Origin: an uncultured Candidatus Saccharibacteria bacterium
GTDB taxonomy: Bacteria > Patescibacteriota > Minisyncoccia > Phycocordibacterales > UBA2100
Assembly (NCBI GenBank): GCA_964462785.1
Contig: CAYWZA010000004.1
Location: 1 to 58,285 of the forward strand
Length of the DNA: 58,285 bases
Direction: 5' to 3'
Under the pieces are notes generated by a model, which was not told the DNA's origin, ran no database searches, and was given only the letters and a program-made list of their open reading frames with translations. Positions 30,087 to 38,907 of the stretch are shown in pieces. The first letter of the stretch is position 1; the number at the start of each line of letters is the position of its first letter. A program made the translations under genes and the position numbers.

Positions 30087-30317
30087 ATGTTGGAGATACT
30101 ACGCCCCTTAACGATCGAGGAGCGAATTTGGCGAAGTGCGATTGGCATCGCGCTCTGCGTGTTGTCGATGGCGATTTCGGTCGCGATCGGCAATCCAGAA
30201 GGACCTGATGTGGTTCTCCAGATTATCCTTCTAATTCTCGGGCTCCAGTTGTTTTTCATGTGGGGCATGGGTTGCCTGCTCACGGCGAGTGGGCTCGTAG
30301 GTTACACCTTAAAATGA
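30087..30317 (+). CDS. small membrane protein (2 TM), hypothetical
   Basis: 76-aa ORF followed on the same strand by two hairpins with T-rich tails. Confidence 0.4.
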   Translation: MLEILRPLTIEERIWRSAIGIALCVLSMAISVAIGNPEGPDVVLQIILLILGLQLFFMWGMGCLLTASGLVGYTLK

Positions 30318-30340
30318 GTCTCGCTATGCGTCAGATGATC

Positions 30341-30403
30341 GACCGCGCTTTCGAGCGCGGTCTTTGCTTTTCACGCACAAACCCCGCCAAAGGCGGGGTT
30401 TGT
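30341..30403 (+). terminator. two tandem hairpin terminators
   Basis: Stems gaccgcgc/gcgcggtc (followed by TTTGCTTTT) and acaaaccccgcc/ggcggggtttgt (followed by CTTTG). Confidence 0.5.
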
Positions 30404-30418
30404 CTTTGTGTAATTTGT

Positions 30419-30730
30419 TTACGCGTCCAAGTCAGCAATCGCCTCTTCGACGCTCTTTTCTGTGCGTTCGAATGCGCGGGTACCGCCTTCGGGCTCGTTG
30501 ATTTTGAGGTTGACGCGGGCGTCGTTCTTCATGCCGACGACGCGCAAGAGTGTGCGAATCGCTTTCGCGGTTGCACCTGCGCGGCCGACGACCTTGCCCA
30601 TGTCGTCTTTGTGAACGGTGAGAGTGAGAAGCACTCCCATCTCATCCACCTTGCGAGTAATCTGCACGGTCTCCGGGTGTTCCACCAATCCTTTCACCAC
30701 ATACTCCAGAAACTCTTGATCTCGTTCCAT
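30419..30730 (-). CDS. KH-domain RNA-binding protein (YlqC/UPF0109 family)
   Basis: LVEHPETVQI ... DDMGKVVGRAGATAKAIRTLL contains the GXXG KH motif. Confidence 0.85.
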   Translation of the reverse strand: MERDQEFLEYVVKGLVEHPETVQITRKVDEMGVLLTLTVHKDDMGKVVGRAGATAKAIRTLLRVVGMKNDARVNLKINEPEGGTRAFERTEKSVEEAIADLDA

Positions 30731-30906
30731 GTTTCCAATGCTACCTATGCTGATTAAATTCGACGTGATGCCAAAGCATCATTGTTTCTTCATTATACAC
30801 CATTCATACCTTGCGGTCAATGGCAGTTTGTGGCGCGAAAAATGCACCCCAACCGAAGCGTGCCGCGAAGCACGCTTCAGAAAGTAGTTCTTAGTAGTGG
30901 TTATTC

Positions 30907-33264
30907 TTACAGGATCTCGCACACGCCGCCTGCACACGCGAGCTCTTTTTTTTGTTCTGTTTCGTCTTTCTTTTCGTAGGTGACAATTTTTGAGTAGTCT
31001 ATGTGCTCCATTCTATTCATCAGCTCTTCGTATTTCTCCTTGCCGCATGGCTCCATCGGCGCAAGACGATACATATGATCCGAGCGCGGCAGGAATGCGA
31101 GTCCGCCGAGGATGTCCCAATTTTCGTAGAGCCAATGCGCCACCGCAATCCACTCCCCTTCACCCACAGAGATCGTCACCGAAGGATTGTGCTCAGTGAA
31201 ATTGAGTTTGACCATCTTCCAATATTCGAGCTGCTCGATCGCGGTAAGATCATCTTTGTAGACAGACCCCTTTGGCGATTTCACGGGGAACTCAAGCACG
31301 TAGGTGTTTGCGTTTTCTGCTGTCTGCCCTACCTCAGGGTGGAACGGCACACCTTGATCGCGCAGCATTTTAAAGAGCGAGTCGGTCGAGGAGATGCGAA
31401 TGCGCTGGATATAATACGGAGCAAAGCGGGGGTGCATGCCGGAGGCGTTGTCGAAGGTCTTTGACACAGTTCCTGACGGCTTCACACAGGTGACTGACAT
31501 AGATGCGTTGATGCCAAAACGTTTTGCATATTTTTTGTTCGCCTCCACTGCCGCTTCACGCATTTTTTTCATAGTCCTTGGATTCCTAAACGCCGCCGAA
31601 TCCCACTGCCCCGTTGCCGAAACACCGAGTAAACGCTCCGCCTTGCAATTATCCGTCCATTCTTTGGAAAGATAGTTGAAATTAACCAACGTGGATTGAT
31701 AGGTGCCCAGCAATGCCGCAATTTTTGACTTGCGAACGAGCGTTGCTTCAGTGTCATTTGAACGGCAGATGACCTCAGATAGATTGCAAAACTGCTTGCT
31801 CTGCAATGTGATCTCCCCGCATGGGTTGGTGCCGATTTGCGGCAGCTTGCCGCTGTTTTTCTTCTTGAGATATTCGAGGCGGCGCTTCGGCATCGTCTTT
31901 TCAAGCGCTGCGCGATTGAAAATGCCGCGCTCGCCTGTCTTTGCCTTCATGAGCGAAACCCACTCATCCATAAATTCTTCGTTGGTCGGCTTGACCTCAT
32001 ACACTGCGGAGTTGTTCGCAATGGAGCGATGCTGATCGGTGAGATAGAACTGCCCCTTTTTCGCATCGCGGAGGAGCTCATCGTCGAGATCAGAGAGCGA
32101 GATCATCGCGGAGCGACGCACACCGCCGGCAACCACGCACTCTCCAATTTTGCAGATAACGTCGTGCGCATCGATGGTGCGCAGTCGCCTTCCTTGGCGT
32201 GCGAAAATTTTCTCGCGCGCAAAGGCAAGCAAGTTGCGGAGCGGGTCTGGACCGGAGCTTTTGCCTCCCATCGTCTTCAGTCGCGCACCGGCGGGGCGCA
32301 ATTTAGAGAAATCGAATTCGAGATCCTTGCCCGCATACCAGGTGGTGAGCCCGAGCGTGAGCGCATCGCCCCATCCTTCGGCGGTATCGACAACAACATG
32401 CGCGGGAATTCTTTCTCCTGTTTGCTTTTGTATCTGAGGAAGCTGCTCGATATTTTGATGTTCGACGCTGTAGCCCACGCCGCATCCGCGCATCGAGAGA
32501 TACATAATCTCTGCGAAATCGCGCAGCTGCGTCGGTGCGATGAACGAGCAGTTGTATACGCAGGTGTTGCAGCGCTCTGCGGCAGGGCCGGCAAACTGCA
32601 TCGCACGCATTGAGGGCATCACCTCCTGCTTCAGAATCGCTTCGCGCACTTCTGCATATTCGGCGGTAGTGAGTTTGTCGCCGAGATTCTTTTTCATGAA
32701 ATTGACGTAACGATCCACTGTCTCAATCCACGTCTCGCGGCGCTGCTCACCCTCGATCCACTTTGCGTACGTGCGCAAGTAGACGAACTCTCCGAGTGGA
32801 TTGTTCTTGAAATATTTCTTGCTCTCCTCGGCAAGCTTCTTCACATGCGCCGGCACGGTGCCGTGCTCTTTGCGCATGCGTGCACGCTCTGCTCTATAGA
32901 GGATGTAGGACTTGGCAGTCGTCACGTAATCAGAAAGGATGAGCTGCTTTTCCACCTCATCTTGGCACGCCTCAACGTTGGGAAGAAAATTCTTGTATTT
33001 CCTAGCGATTTGCATCATCTCTGAGGCAACTTTGTGTGCAACCAACATGGCTTCTTCCGACGATCCTTCGCCCGTTGCTGTCATCGCCTTTGTGATGGCA
33101 GTCACCACCTTTTCAAACTGGAACGGTACGATGCGCCCGTCGCGTTTTTGGATACGCGGGAGATATTTCTCGTAAAGCTTAACGGCGCTATTACCGCCAC
33201 TCATCTTCCGCACGGGGGCTCCTACATCACCTGCCATTTTGGTTGCAGTTTTTGTCATGCGCAA
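30907..33264 (-). CDS. nrdJ: class II (adenosylcobalamin-dependent) ribonucleoside reductase with N-terminal ATP-cone
   Basis: ATP-cone IQKRDGRIVPFQFEKV, active-site TNPCGEITLQSKQFCNLSEV, 785 aa. Confidence 0.9.
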   Translation of the reverse strand: MRMTKTATKMAGDVGAPVRKMSGGNSAVKLYEKYLPRIQKRDGRIVPFQFEKVVTAITKAMTATGEGSSEEAMLVAHKVASEMMQIARKYKNFLPNVEACQDEVEKQLILSDYVTTAKSYILYRAERARMRKEHGTVPAHVKKLAEESKKYFKNNPLGEFVYLRTYAKWIEGEQRRETWIETVDRYVNFMKKNLGDKLTTAEYAEVREAILKQEVMPSMRAMQFAGPAAERCNTCVYNCSFIAPTQLRDFAEIMYLSMRGCGVGYSVEHQNIEQLPQIQKQTGERIPAHVVVDTAEGWGDALTLGLTTWYAGKDLEFDFSKLRPAGARLKTMGGKSSGPDPLRNLLAFAREKIFARQGRRLRTIDAHDVICKIGECVVAGGVRRSAMISLSDLDDELLRDAKKGQFYLTDQHRSIANNSAVYEVKPTNEEFMDEWVSLMKAKTGERGIFNRAALEKTMPKRRLEYLKKKNSGKLPQIGTNPCGEITLQSKQFCNLSEVICRSNDTEATLVRKSKIAALLGTYQSTLVNFNYLSKEWTDNCKAERLLGVSATGQWDSAAFRNPRTMKKMREAAVEANKKYAKRFGINASMSVTCVKPSGTVSKTFDNASGMHPRFAPYYIQRIRISSTDSLFKMLRDQGVPFHPEVGQTAENANTYVLEFPVKSPKGSVYKDDLTAIEQLEYWKMVKLNFTEHNPSVTISVGEGEWIAVAHWLYENWDILGGLAFLPRSDHMYRLAPMEPCGKEKYEELMNRMEHIDYSKIVTYEKKDETEQKKELACAGGVCEIL

Positions 33265-33441
33265 ATCAACTAGCTGTTAATATCAATAGTGTATCGCGCG
33301 CCCAAAAAAGCAGGATGTGGATAGCATTAATGCGTCACGAGCGCAGAAAATTTCAATACTTTTTACGAGGGAGGAGGGGGTCGGCGAAGGCATCAAAAAG
33401 TGCAGATCGTTGCGGGCGTCTATGTCGCACAATATTCGATA

Positions 33442-33624
33442 GCGCCGGTTGGCATGTGGTCTGAGTGAGCATCGCGCACCACGGGGTACTTCTTGTTTTC
33501 TAATTAGTCATAAGAAAACAATGTCGCAGCGTGTATACATGCGTGCCTTGCCAGCGCAGTGGTGATACAGTCCGAAGTTACCAAAAGCTATCAGGCTCCC
33601 GAAGACCAGCATGCCAACCGGCGC
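33442..33624 (+). ncRNA. candidate structured RNA, unclassified motif, copy B
   Basis: A 21-bp closing stem (33442-33462 / 33603-33624) has a bulged G at the same position as copy A. The conserved core is CAGCGCAGTGGTGATAC..CCGAAGTTACCAAAAGC. An extra 9-bp hairpin insertion lies at 33494-33522. Confidence 0.4.
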
Positions 33625-33630
33625 GCTGCT

Positions 33631-34122
33631 TCAGAGTACGTCTGCTAAATCAACCAGATCGCTCGCGTTCACGTTGCGCTCTTCCACAAAGCCACTGCGC
33701 GTCTCGAGCACATAACGCGCCGGCGCGCGCGGGGTGAATACTTGCGGGAATGATTCGGGCGTCGCATGTTGCACGATATCGATAATGCGCCCTTCCGCAT
33801 CTATCCAGATAATGTCGATAGCAAATTTCATGTCTTTCATCCAGATGCCGTAGGTATCGTCTTGATCAAACACAAAGAGCATACCGGTGCCGGGAGGTAA
33901 CCGATTGAAAACGGAAAGTCCTTTCTGCTGCTCTTCCGGCGTGTCGGCTATATACACCCGCACCGGCACCCCGCCTATGTGCGCAATAGGCAAATATGTC
34001 CCCTGCGGTGTGTACGGCAACAGCACCGGATCATTCGTGCCCCACGAAAGGTATATCAATCCGCCCATCAGCATCAAAAGCCCCGTCGCAAACACCGTCA
34101 TCCGCATGCCGAGATGGTTCAT
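33631..34122 (-). CDS. DUF192-family protein (secreted/anchored)
   Basis: ADTPEEQQKGLS ... GMLFVF ... IWMKDMKFAIDIIWID is typical of DUF192. An N-terminal hydrophobic segment is present. Confidence 0.72.
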   Translation of the reverse strand: MNHLGMRMTVFATGLLMLMGGLIYLSWGTNDPVLLPYTPQGTYLPIAHIGGVPVRVYIADTPEEQQKGLSVFNRLPPGTGMLFVFDQDDTYGIWMKDMKFAIDIIWIDAEGRIIDIVQHATPESFPQVFTPRAPARYVLETRSGFVEERNVNASDLVDLADVL

Positions 34123-34201
34123 TTAAAAAGTGTATCATGCCCTATTTGTGTTTGTTGGCACAGTTTGTTAGATTTCTTGCAGAAAACTTGGAGCAAAACG
34201 G

Positions 34202-34591
34202 ATGGGTTGTCTGTTCTGTGATAGGCACGATTCTTCAAAAAATAAGATTATTGCTGAAAATGAGCACGCATATGCGCGCTGGGACAATTTTCCCGTGAGC
34301 GACGGGCACGCAGAGGTGGTGCCTAAGCGACACGTAATTTCTTTTTTTGATCTAACGGAAACAGAACTACTGTCCATGTTTGCACTACTAAAAGTGGTGG
34401 TGGAGAAACTCGAACTTGAACCCGCCACCTCTTCCGTTCCTGATGGATACAACATAGGCGTCAATGACGGCGCGGCTGCGGGGCAAACGGTGCATCACTG
34501 CCACTTACATTTGATACCCCGCCGTGAGGGCGACATACCGAATCCGCGTGGCGGCGTGCGCAACATCATCCCTGGAAAGGGAGACTACTGA
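34202..34591 (+). CDS. HIT-family (histidine triad) nucleotide hydrolase/transferase
   Basis: HHCHLHLIPR histidine-triad motif and an N-terminal CLFC. Confidence 0.85.
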   Translation: MGCLFCDRHDSSKNKIIAENEHAYARWDNFPVSDGHAEVVPKRHVISFFDLTETELLSMFALLKVVVEKLELEPATSSVPDGYNIGVNDGAAAGQTVHHCHLHLIPRREGDIPNPRGGVRNIIPGKGDY

Positions 34592-34594
34592 CGC

Positions 34595-34625
34595 AAAACA
34601 CGCAGCCAACTGGCTGCGTGTTTTT
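34595..34625 (+). terminator. bidirectional intrinsic terminator
   Basis: 13-bp stem aaaacacgcagcc/ggctgcgtgtttt with loop aact. Confidence 0.7.
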
Positions 34626-34651
34626 AATTTCCTAATAGATTTTCAAGAAAA

Positions 34652-35062
34652 TCAGACCATCCACACCAAGACTTTCGCCATCACGATCGTGCTCACGAGC
34701 CAGTAGGCACCGTTGAGCGCAAACAGGTTCCATGACTTCTGCTCCCACAAGACTGACCCAAGCATGATCGGCATCTGGAATCCGAGCCATGCCCAGAATC
34801 CAAGCTGAATTGCTCCCATCATGTCTACTGCGCCCCATACCGCGACAAAGTGAGCAAGCACATACGCGGTGACAAGTGAACCCACAAAACCAGAGACCAT
34901 CGACTGCACCATCTTCTTCTTTCCCGCCTCTGCCGCGCTCGGTGATATGCCCGACCAGCGCATCCACATAATGCCGAAGACGCTCGGGTGATACCACACG
35001 AATCCGACGATAAAACTCGCGACTGCCGCCACGAGCACTGCCATATAATTGACTTCTATCAT
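34652..35062 (-). CDS. DUF1761-family membrane protein
   Basis: The N-terminus NYMAVLVAAVASFIVGFVWYHPSVFG and the 4-TM profile resemble DUF1761. Confidence 0.55.
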   Translation of the reverse strand: MIEVNYMAVLVAAVASFIVGFVWYHPSVFGIMWMRWSGISPSAAEAGKKKMVQSMVSGFVGSLVTAYVLAHFVAVWGAVDMMGAIQLGFWAWLGFQMPIMLGSVLWEQKSWNLFALNGAYWLVSTIVMAKVLVWMV

Positions 35063-35201
35063 ATAAAATGGGGATATCCCCTTACTATATTATTAATACC
35101 TTCAGTATAACGCGCCCCTCATTGCGCGCGAGCATTAAACATGCTGCTGTGTATAGCACTTGAGGGTGCGTGTTACATGCTAAAATGGACGCAATATCAT
35201 C

Positions 35202-35714
35202 ATGCGCTCTTTATCGCAAGCTGTTGATTTTGATTACAAAGTCGCTGGAATTATTGCTGTCTTATTCTGTGCATCTCTCAATGCATTCTATTACCTGTTC
35301 CGGGCTGTTCTTTTTGTGCTGTGGGCGCAGTACATACTGGGTCCTGAAGAGGTTCCTTCTAAGGCTGCCTCAATAGTAATATGGTGTATTTTTTTACTTG
35401 TTGCTGGTGTCTCATGGGTTGCAGGTACATTAGCATATTTCAAGTGGCGAAGATCTCACGATGACGGACTTGTTTTGGAGGGGATTATTTTGGGTGCTTA
35501 TTCTGCACTACTCATTGGTTTTGGCAATTACGCTTGGTATACAGCACAATCATATTTAGAATATTGGAGTGGTAGCTCTGTATATCGTGGCAGTGGTGTA
35601 TATACTGTGTACTTGAAATTTGATGACATGCTCATAATGTTATTTCTCCTTGGCGCTCCTGCGGTCATCATCTCTGCTCTGGTTGGTGCGTATCTGCAGC
35701 GCCGAGGAAAATAG
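35202..35714 (+). CDS. polytopic membrane protein, hypothetical
   Basis: 170-aa ORF with 4-5 hydrophobic helices. Confidence 0.5.
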   Translation: MRSLSQAVDFDYKVAGIIAVLFCASLNAFYYLFRAVLFVLWAQYILGPEEVPSKAASIVIWCIFLLVAGVSWVAGTLAYFKWRRSHDDGLVLEGIILGAYSALLIGFGNYAWYTAQSYLEYWSGSSVYRGSGVYTVYLKFDDMLIMLFLLGAPAVIISALVGAYLQRRGK

Positions 35715-35721
35715 TGCAAAA

Positions 35722-36141
35722 TTATTTTTCCTCCAAATTAAGTGCGCAGGAATTGATGCAGAAGTGTTTGCCGGTATTGGGTGTATTTTCTGATCCGTCA
35801 GGACTCTCGTCGAATACATGACCGAGGTGGCTGCCGCATTGGGCACAGGTGACCTCGGTGCGGTTCATGCCATGCGATGAATCGTGTTCAAAGCGCACTG
35901 CGCCTTCCTTTGCGCTCGCAAAGCTTGGCCAGCCAGCGAGACCGGGTGCTTGTGATATGAATTTCGTATCAGAGTCAAAAAGTTCCGCACCACATCCGGC
36001 ACAGCGATACATTCCCTGCTCTTTCGTATCCCAAAACTCACCGGTAAAGGCCGGCTCAGTCCCTTTCTCACGCAGCACCTTGTATTGCTCGGGAGTCAGT
36101 GTCTTCTTCCAATAGTTTTCGTCGTGTTCATGCATACTCAA
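35722..36141 (-). CDS. msrB: peptide-methionine (R)-S-oxide reductase
   Basis: YRCAGCGAELF ... GWPSF ... CAQCGSHLGHVF (SelR domain). Its ATG overlaps the upstream gene's stop (ATGA). Confidence 0.92.
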   Translation of the reverse strand: MSMHEHDENYWKKTLTPEQYKVLREKGTEPAFTGEFWDTKEQGMYRCAGCGAELFDSDTKFISQAPGLAGWPSFASAKEGAVRFEHDSSHGMNRTEVTCAQCGSHLGHVFDESPDGSENTPNTGKHFCINSCALNLEEK

Positions 36142-37130
36142 TCGCGTTCTTCGTTTTTCTTGCTACCGCTGTCCTCATAATCTGTGCCCAGAGCGGCGGC
36201 GGTGTTGAGTCTCAATTTTCCAAAACGCTTACCGTTTTCACGCTTGGATTGACTATCGGGATTTGCGTCACTTTGCTCGACTTCAATCAGCGCGCGCTCA
36301 AGCTTGTCTATGCGCGTACGCACCCTTTGGAAAATAACGTCTTCCTGATCTTCTGTAGCGTCTTCGTCATGATCATCCTCGTCAGTTTTGGGCGTCTCTG
36401 TTGCAATAAGCATGTCCGCGGGTGCGGCAAATTCGGTTTCGGCCTCCATCATTCTTAGGGTAGCGGTCTCCGGCTGCGCCATGAGAGCTGTTGTTTCTGC
36501 AGCCTGGGTTGCTGATCCGGCGGCATTGTCTTGTGTAGCTGCTGCAGCCTTCATATCCGCCTTGGCAAGTCGCGTATCGTGCTTGCGCAGCGTGCCCTCA
36601 AACTCAGCAAGCACAGTGATTGCCGCAGCGCGACCGCGCTTTTCCTTAATACGCTGCGCGCGCGATTCAACAGCATCCGCCAAGTGCTCAAACCGAGTTT
36701 CGATTTCTGTTTGAGCTTCATTCGTCATGCGATTCTCGGCGCGCAATACAATTGCCTCTTCCAAACGCCGCTCTGCGCGGCGCGCATCCCACCGCGCACG
36801 CCCCTCATCGGAAATTGTTGCCGCCGCCACAGCTTCCTCTACCACGTCAACTTTAATGGCGTAGAGCGCATCACCGGGAAGTGAACCTTCCGCCGCATAC
36901 ACCGTGCCGCCCCCGAGCACCAACACCGCAATGAGAGCAGCAGCGACCGGCCTGTGCATGATCACCAGAAGGCGCCCCGCCGCCCACGGAGATGGAATCA
37001 TGCGCGAGCGAGGATGCGCCACGGCAAACTTCTCGACGCGAGCGCGTATTGCGTTTTTTTCCGCGTTCGAAAGCTCGACACGTCGCGCGCTTTCCAATAT
37101 CTGTTTAAGTTGTGGTGTTAAGTCATCCAT
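36138..37130 (-). CDS. membrane protein, putative anti-sigma factor (DUF5667-like coiled-coil ectodomain)
   Basis: It follows the ECF sigma gene with an 8-nt overlap. It has a single TM helix (AAALIAVLVLGGGTVYA) and an Ala/Glu/Arg-rich helical region. An alternative start lies at 37157. Confidence 0.5.
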   Translation of the reverse strand: MDDLTPQLKQILESARRVELSNAEKNAIRARVEKFAVAHPRSRMIPSPWAAGRLLVIMHRPVAAALIAVLVLGGGTVYAAEGSLPGDALYAIKVDVVEEAVAAATISDEGRARWDARRAERRLEEAIVLRAENRMTNEAQTEIETRFEHLADAVESRAQRIKEKRGRAAAITVLAEFEGTLRKHDTRLAKADMKAAAATQDNAAGSATQAAETTALMAQPETATLRMMEAETEFAAPADMLIATETPKTDEDDHDEDATEDQEDVIFQRVRTRIDKLERALIEVEQSDANPDSQSKRENGKRFGKLRLNTAAALGTDYEDSGSKKNEERD

Positions 37131-37638
37131 GGTTTTTTTCTTTTCCTTCATATGCATCCCGCAATTTTTTCACCGCGCGATGCAAGCGAACTGAAATGAC
37201 ATTCTCCGTCTCTCCGAGCGTCTCCGCAATCTCCCGCGGAGACAAGCCTTCGACATAGCGCATCGAAATCGTGGTGCGGTACGGCTCCTCAACGAGCTGT
37301 AAAACGCGCAATGCCTCCTGCCCCTCGGCAAAAGTTTTGCCGTCGAGCGCATGCTCATCCACCGGCGTGAACCCCTCCTCTTCGAGAGCGTCGAGAGAAG
37401 ACACTTTGCGCTTGCGCATCTCATCGATAATCGCATTACCTGCGACGCGATAGAGAAACGCGCGCATGTTTTCCACCTTTCGCCCCTCAGATATATAGCT
37501 CCATGTGCGGCAAAAAGTCTCTTGCACGATGTCTTTCGCGAGCTCACGATTGCTGGTTTTGAAATAACAATGGCGGAACAGCGCGTTAGCGTACGCCTCA
37601 TACGCCTCCAAAAATGCTTGCTGTGCCATGTCTTCCAT
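37123..37638 (-). CDS. ECF-type RNA polymerase sigma factor (sigma-70 family, group 4)
   Basis: Region 2 (AKDIVQETFCRTW) and region 4 HTH (LSPREIAETLGETENVISVRLHRAVKKL). 171 aa. Confidence 0.85.
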   Translation of the reverse strand: MEDMAQQAFLEAYEAYANALFRHCYFKTSNRELAKDIVQETFCRTWSYISEGRKVENMRAFLYRVAGNAIIDEMRKRKVSSLDALEEEGFTPVDEHALDGKTFAEGQEALRVLQLVEEPYRTTISMRYVEGLSPREIAETLGETENVISVRLHRAVKKLRDAYEGKEKNHG

Positions 37639-37761
37639 ATAGTAAGACGAGTATATGCATACCCGCTTACATGCATCATACTCATTGCAAAATGTGAGGC
37701 AACACAGAGCGGGTGCGCGAACGCACCCGCTCAGTGTTGCGAGATTCTAGGATTCTACTGG

Positions 37762-37950
37762 CTAGTGCTGGGGTACCATCCTGCCCGCCTCTCTTTCCGA
37801 CGCCACTTCCTGCGCCTCCCACAAGCTCAGTCCCACAATGACTGCGCCAGTGATGATAAGCGACCACATGAGCGTACTCTCCGCCATCCCAAGGAACGGA
37901 ACAGCGATGATCCAGAGACCAAGAATCAAGCCGAGCCAATGTTGCCACAT
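37762..37950 (-). CDS. small membrane protein (SPW-repeat-like)
   Basis: 62 aa with two helices: WLGLILGLWIIAVPFLG and WSLIITGAVIVGLSLW. Confidence 0.4.
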   Translation of the reverse strand: MWQHWLGLILGLWIIAVPFLGMAESTLMWSLIITGAVIVGLSLWEAQEVASEREAGRMVPQH

Positions 37951-38104
37951 AAGCAGATTATGAAGAGATTAGGGTTGTTAAAAGCGACCGTAAATAGTAT
38001 GCCAAAGAGGCATGGAGATTGTATGAGCGTCTGTTAGGTGAACTCTGTAAATTCTAAATCTTTATGCTATAGTCTCGGGTAGAAAATAGTTGAGGAGACG
38101 TCCG

Positions 38105-38440
38105 ATGTCGAAGAAAATCGAAAACACAGTATCTGCAATTCTGAAGAGCCCTGAGATGCTCTTCCTGGTTCAGCGTGCGATCGAACCATTTATTCGTGAG
38201 TGTGGCGATGAGGGTGATTTGTCGCTTTCACTAAAACTGTCTGTTAAAGATAATTATGATCTCGGTTTGAGCACGAAGACGGAAACTAGTATCGACGTTG
38301 ATCTTGCGCTAATCCTTAACGATGCCGACCAGACCAGCGAAACGCCCGTGACAGATCCCGGCGCTTGTTGCGAAGGCGCCGAAACAGAGCATGAAGAGCA
38401 CACATGTTGTGGTGGCGGTTGTCACGACCACAAAAAGTAG
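38105..38440 (+). CDS. acidic hypothetical protein with Cys/His-rich C-terminus
   Basis: GAGGAG RBS. The C-terminal tail is GACCEGAETEHEEHTCCGGGCHDHKK. No family recognised. Confidence 0.45.
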   Translation: MSKKIENTVSAILKSPEMLFLVQRAIEPFIRECGDEGDLSLSLKLSVKDNYDLGLSTKTETSIDVDLALILNDADQTSETPVTDPGACCEGAETEHEEHTCCGGGCHDHKK

Positions 38441-38450
38441 TGTTGTCCAA

Positions 38451-38489
38451 AGCGACAGCCCCGCGTATTACCGCGGGGCTTTTTGTCGC
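38451..38489 (+). terminator. bidirectional hairpin terminator
   Basis: Stem agccccgcg/cgcggggct, then TTTT. It lies between convergent genes. Confidence 0.55.
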
Positions 38490-38510
38490 CTTGTCTTTTT
38501 CGGAGGTTCT

Positions 38511-38768
38511 CTACGAGAGGTGTTTCGAAACGAGCTTCGTCATTTCAAACATATTGACCACCTTCTTGCCGCCAAACACTTTCTGCAATGCCGCATCCGC
38601 ATTGATATTCCGCTTGTTCTTTTCATCCTGCAGCTTGTTCTTCTTAATATACGCCCAGAGTGCCTTCACCACCTCCGAGCGAGCCATCGGGCCCTTTCCC
38701 ACCACCGCTGCGAGATCCTCACTCACGGCGAGCGGCTTCATAAACGCTGAACCTGCCTTTTTTGCCAT
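38511..38768 (-). CDS. SWIB/MDM2-domain protein
   Basis: KPLAVSEDLAAVVGKGPMARSEVVKALWAYIKKNKLQD is the typical SWIB core. About 85 aa. Confidence 0.8.
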   Translation of the reverse strand: MAKKAGSAFMKPLAVSEDLAAVVGKGPMARSEVVKALWAYIKKNKLQDEKNKRNINADAALQKVFGGKKVVNMFEMTKLVSKHLS

Positions 38769-38872
38769 ACGCACATTATTACTAAATTATTAACTACCTT
38801 ATACCCCCAGTATACCAGCTACCCTTCCCTGTAGCACAAGACCCCTGTGTTTAAGCTGCAGTCTGCTCAAAA

Positions 38873-38901
38873 TTGACTTACTTCGTGTACAGATGTATAA
38901 T
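38873..38901 (+). promoter_or_regulatory. consensus-like sigma-70 promoter without downstream ORF
   Basis: TTGACT, 17 nt, TATAAT. Confidence 0.5.
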
Positions 38902-38907
38902 GAGATC

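Noticed and set aside
33265-33441. I looked for an NrdR box pair or a cobalamin riboswitch in the nrdJ upstream region.
   Set aside because: I found no convincing 16-bp acaCwAtATaTwGtgt palindrome pair and no B12-box-like GCCACTG core by eye.
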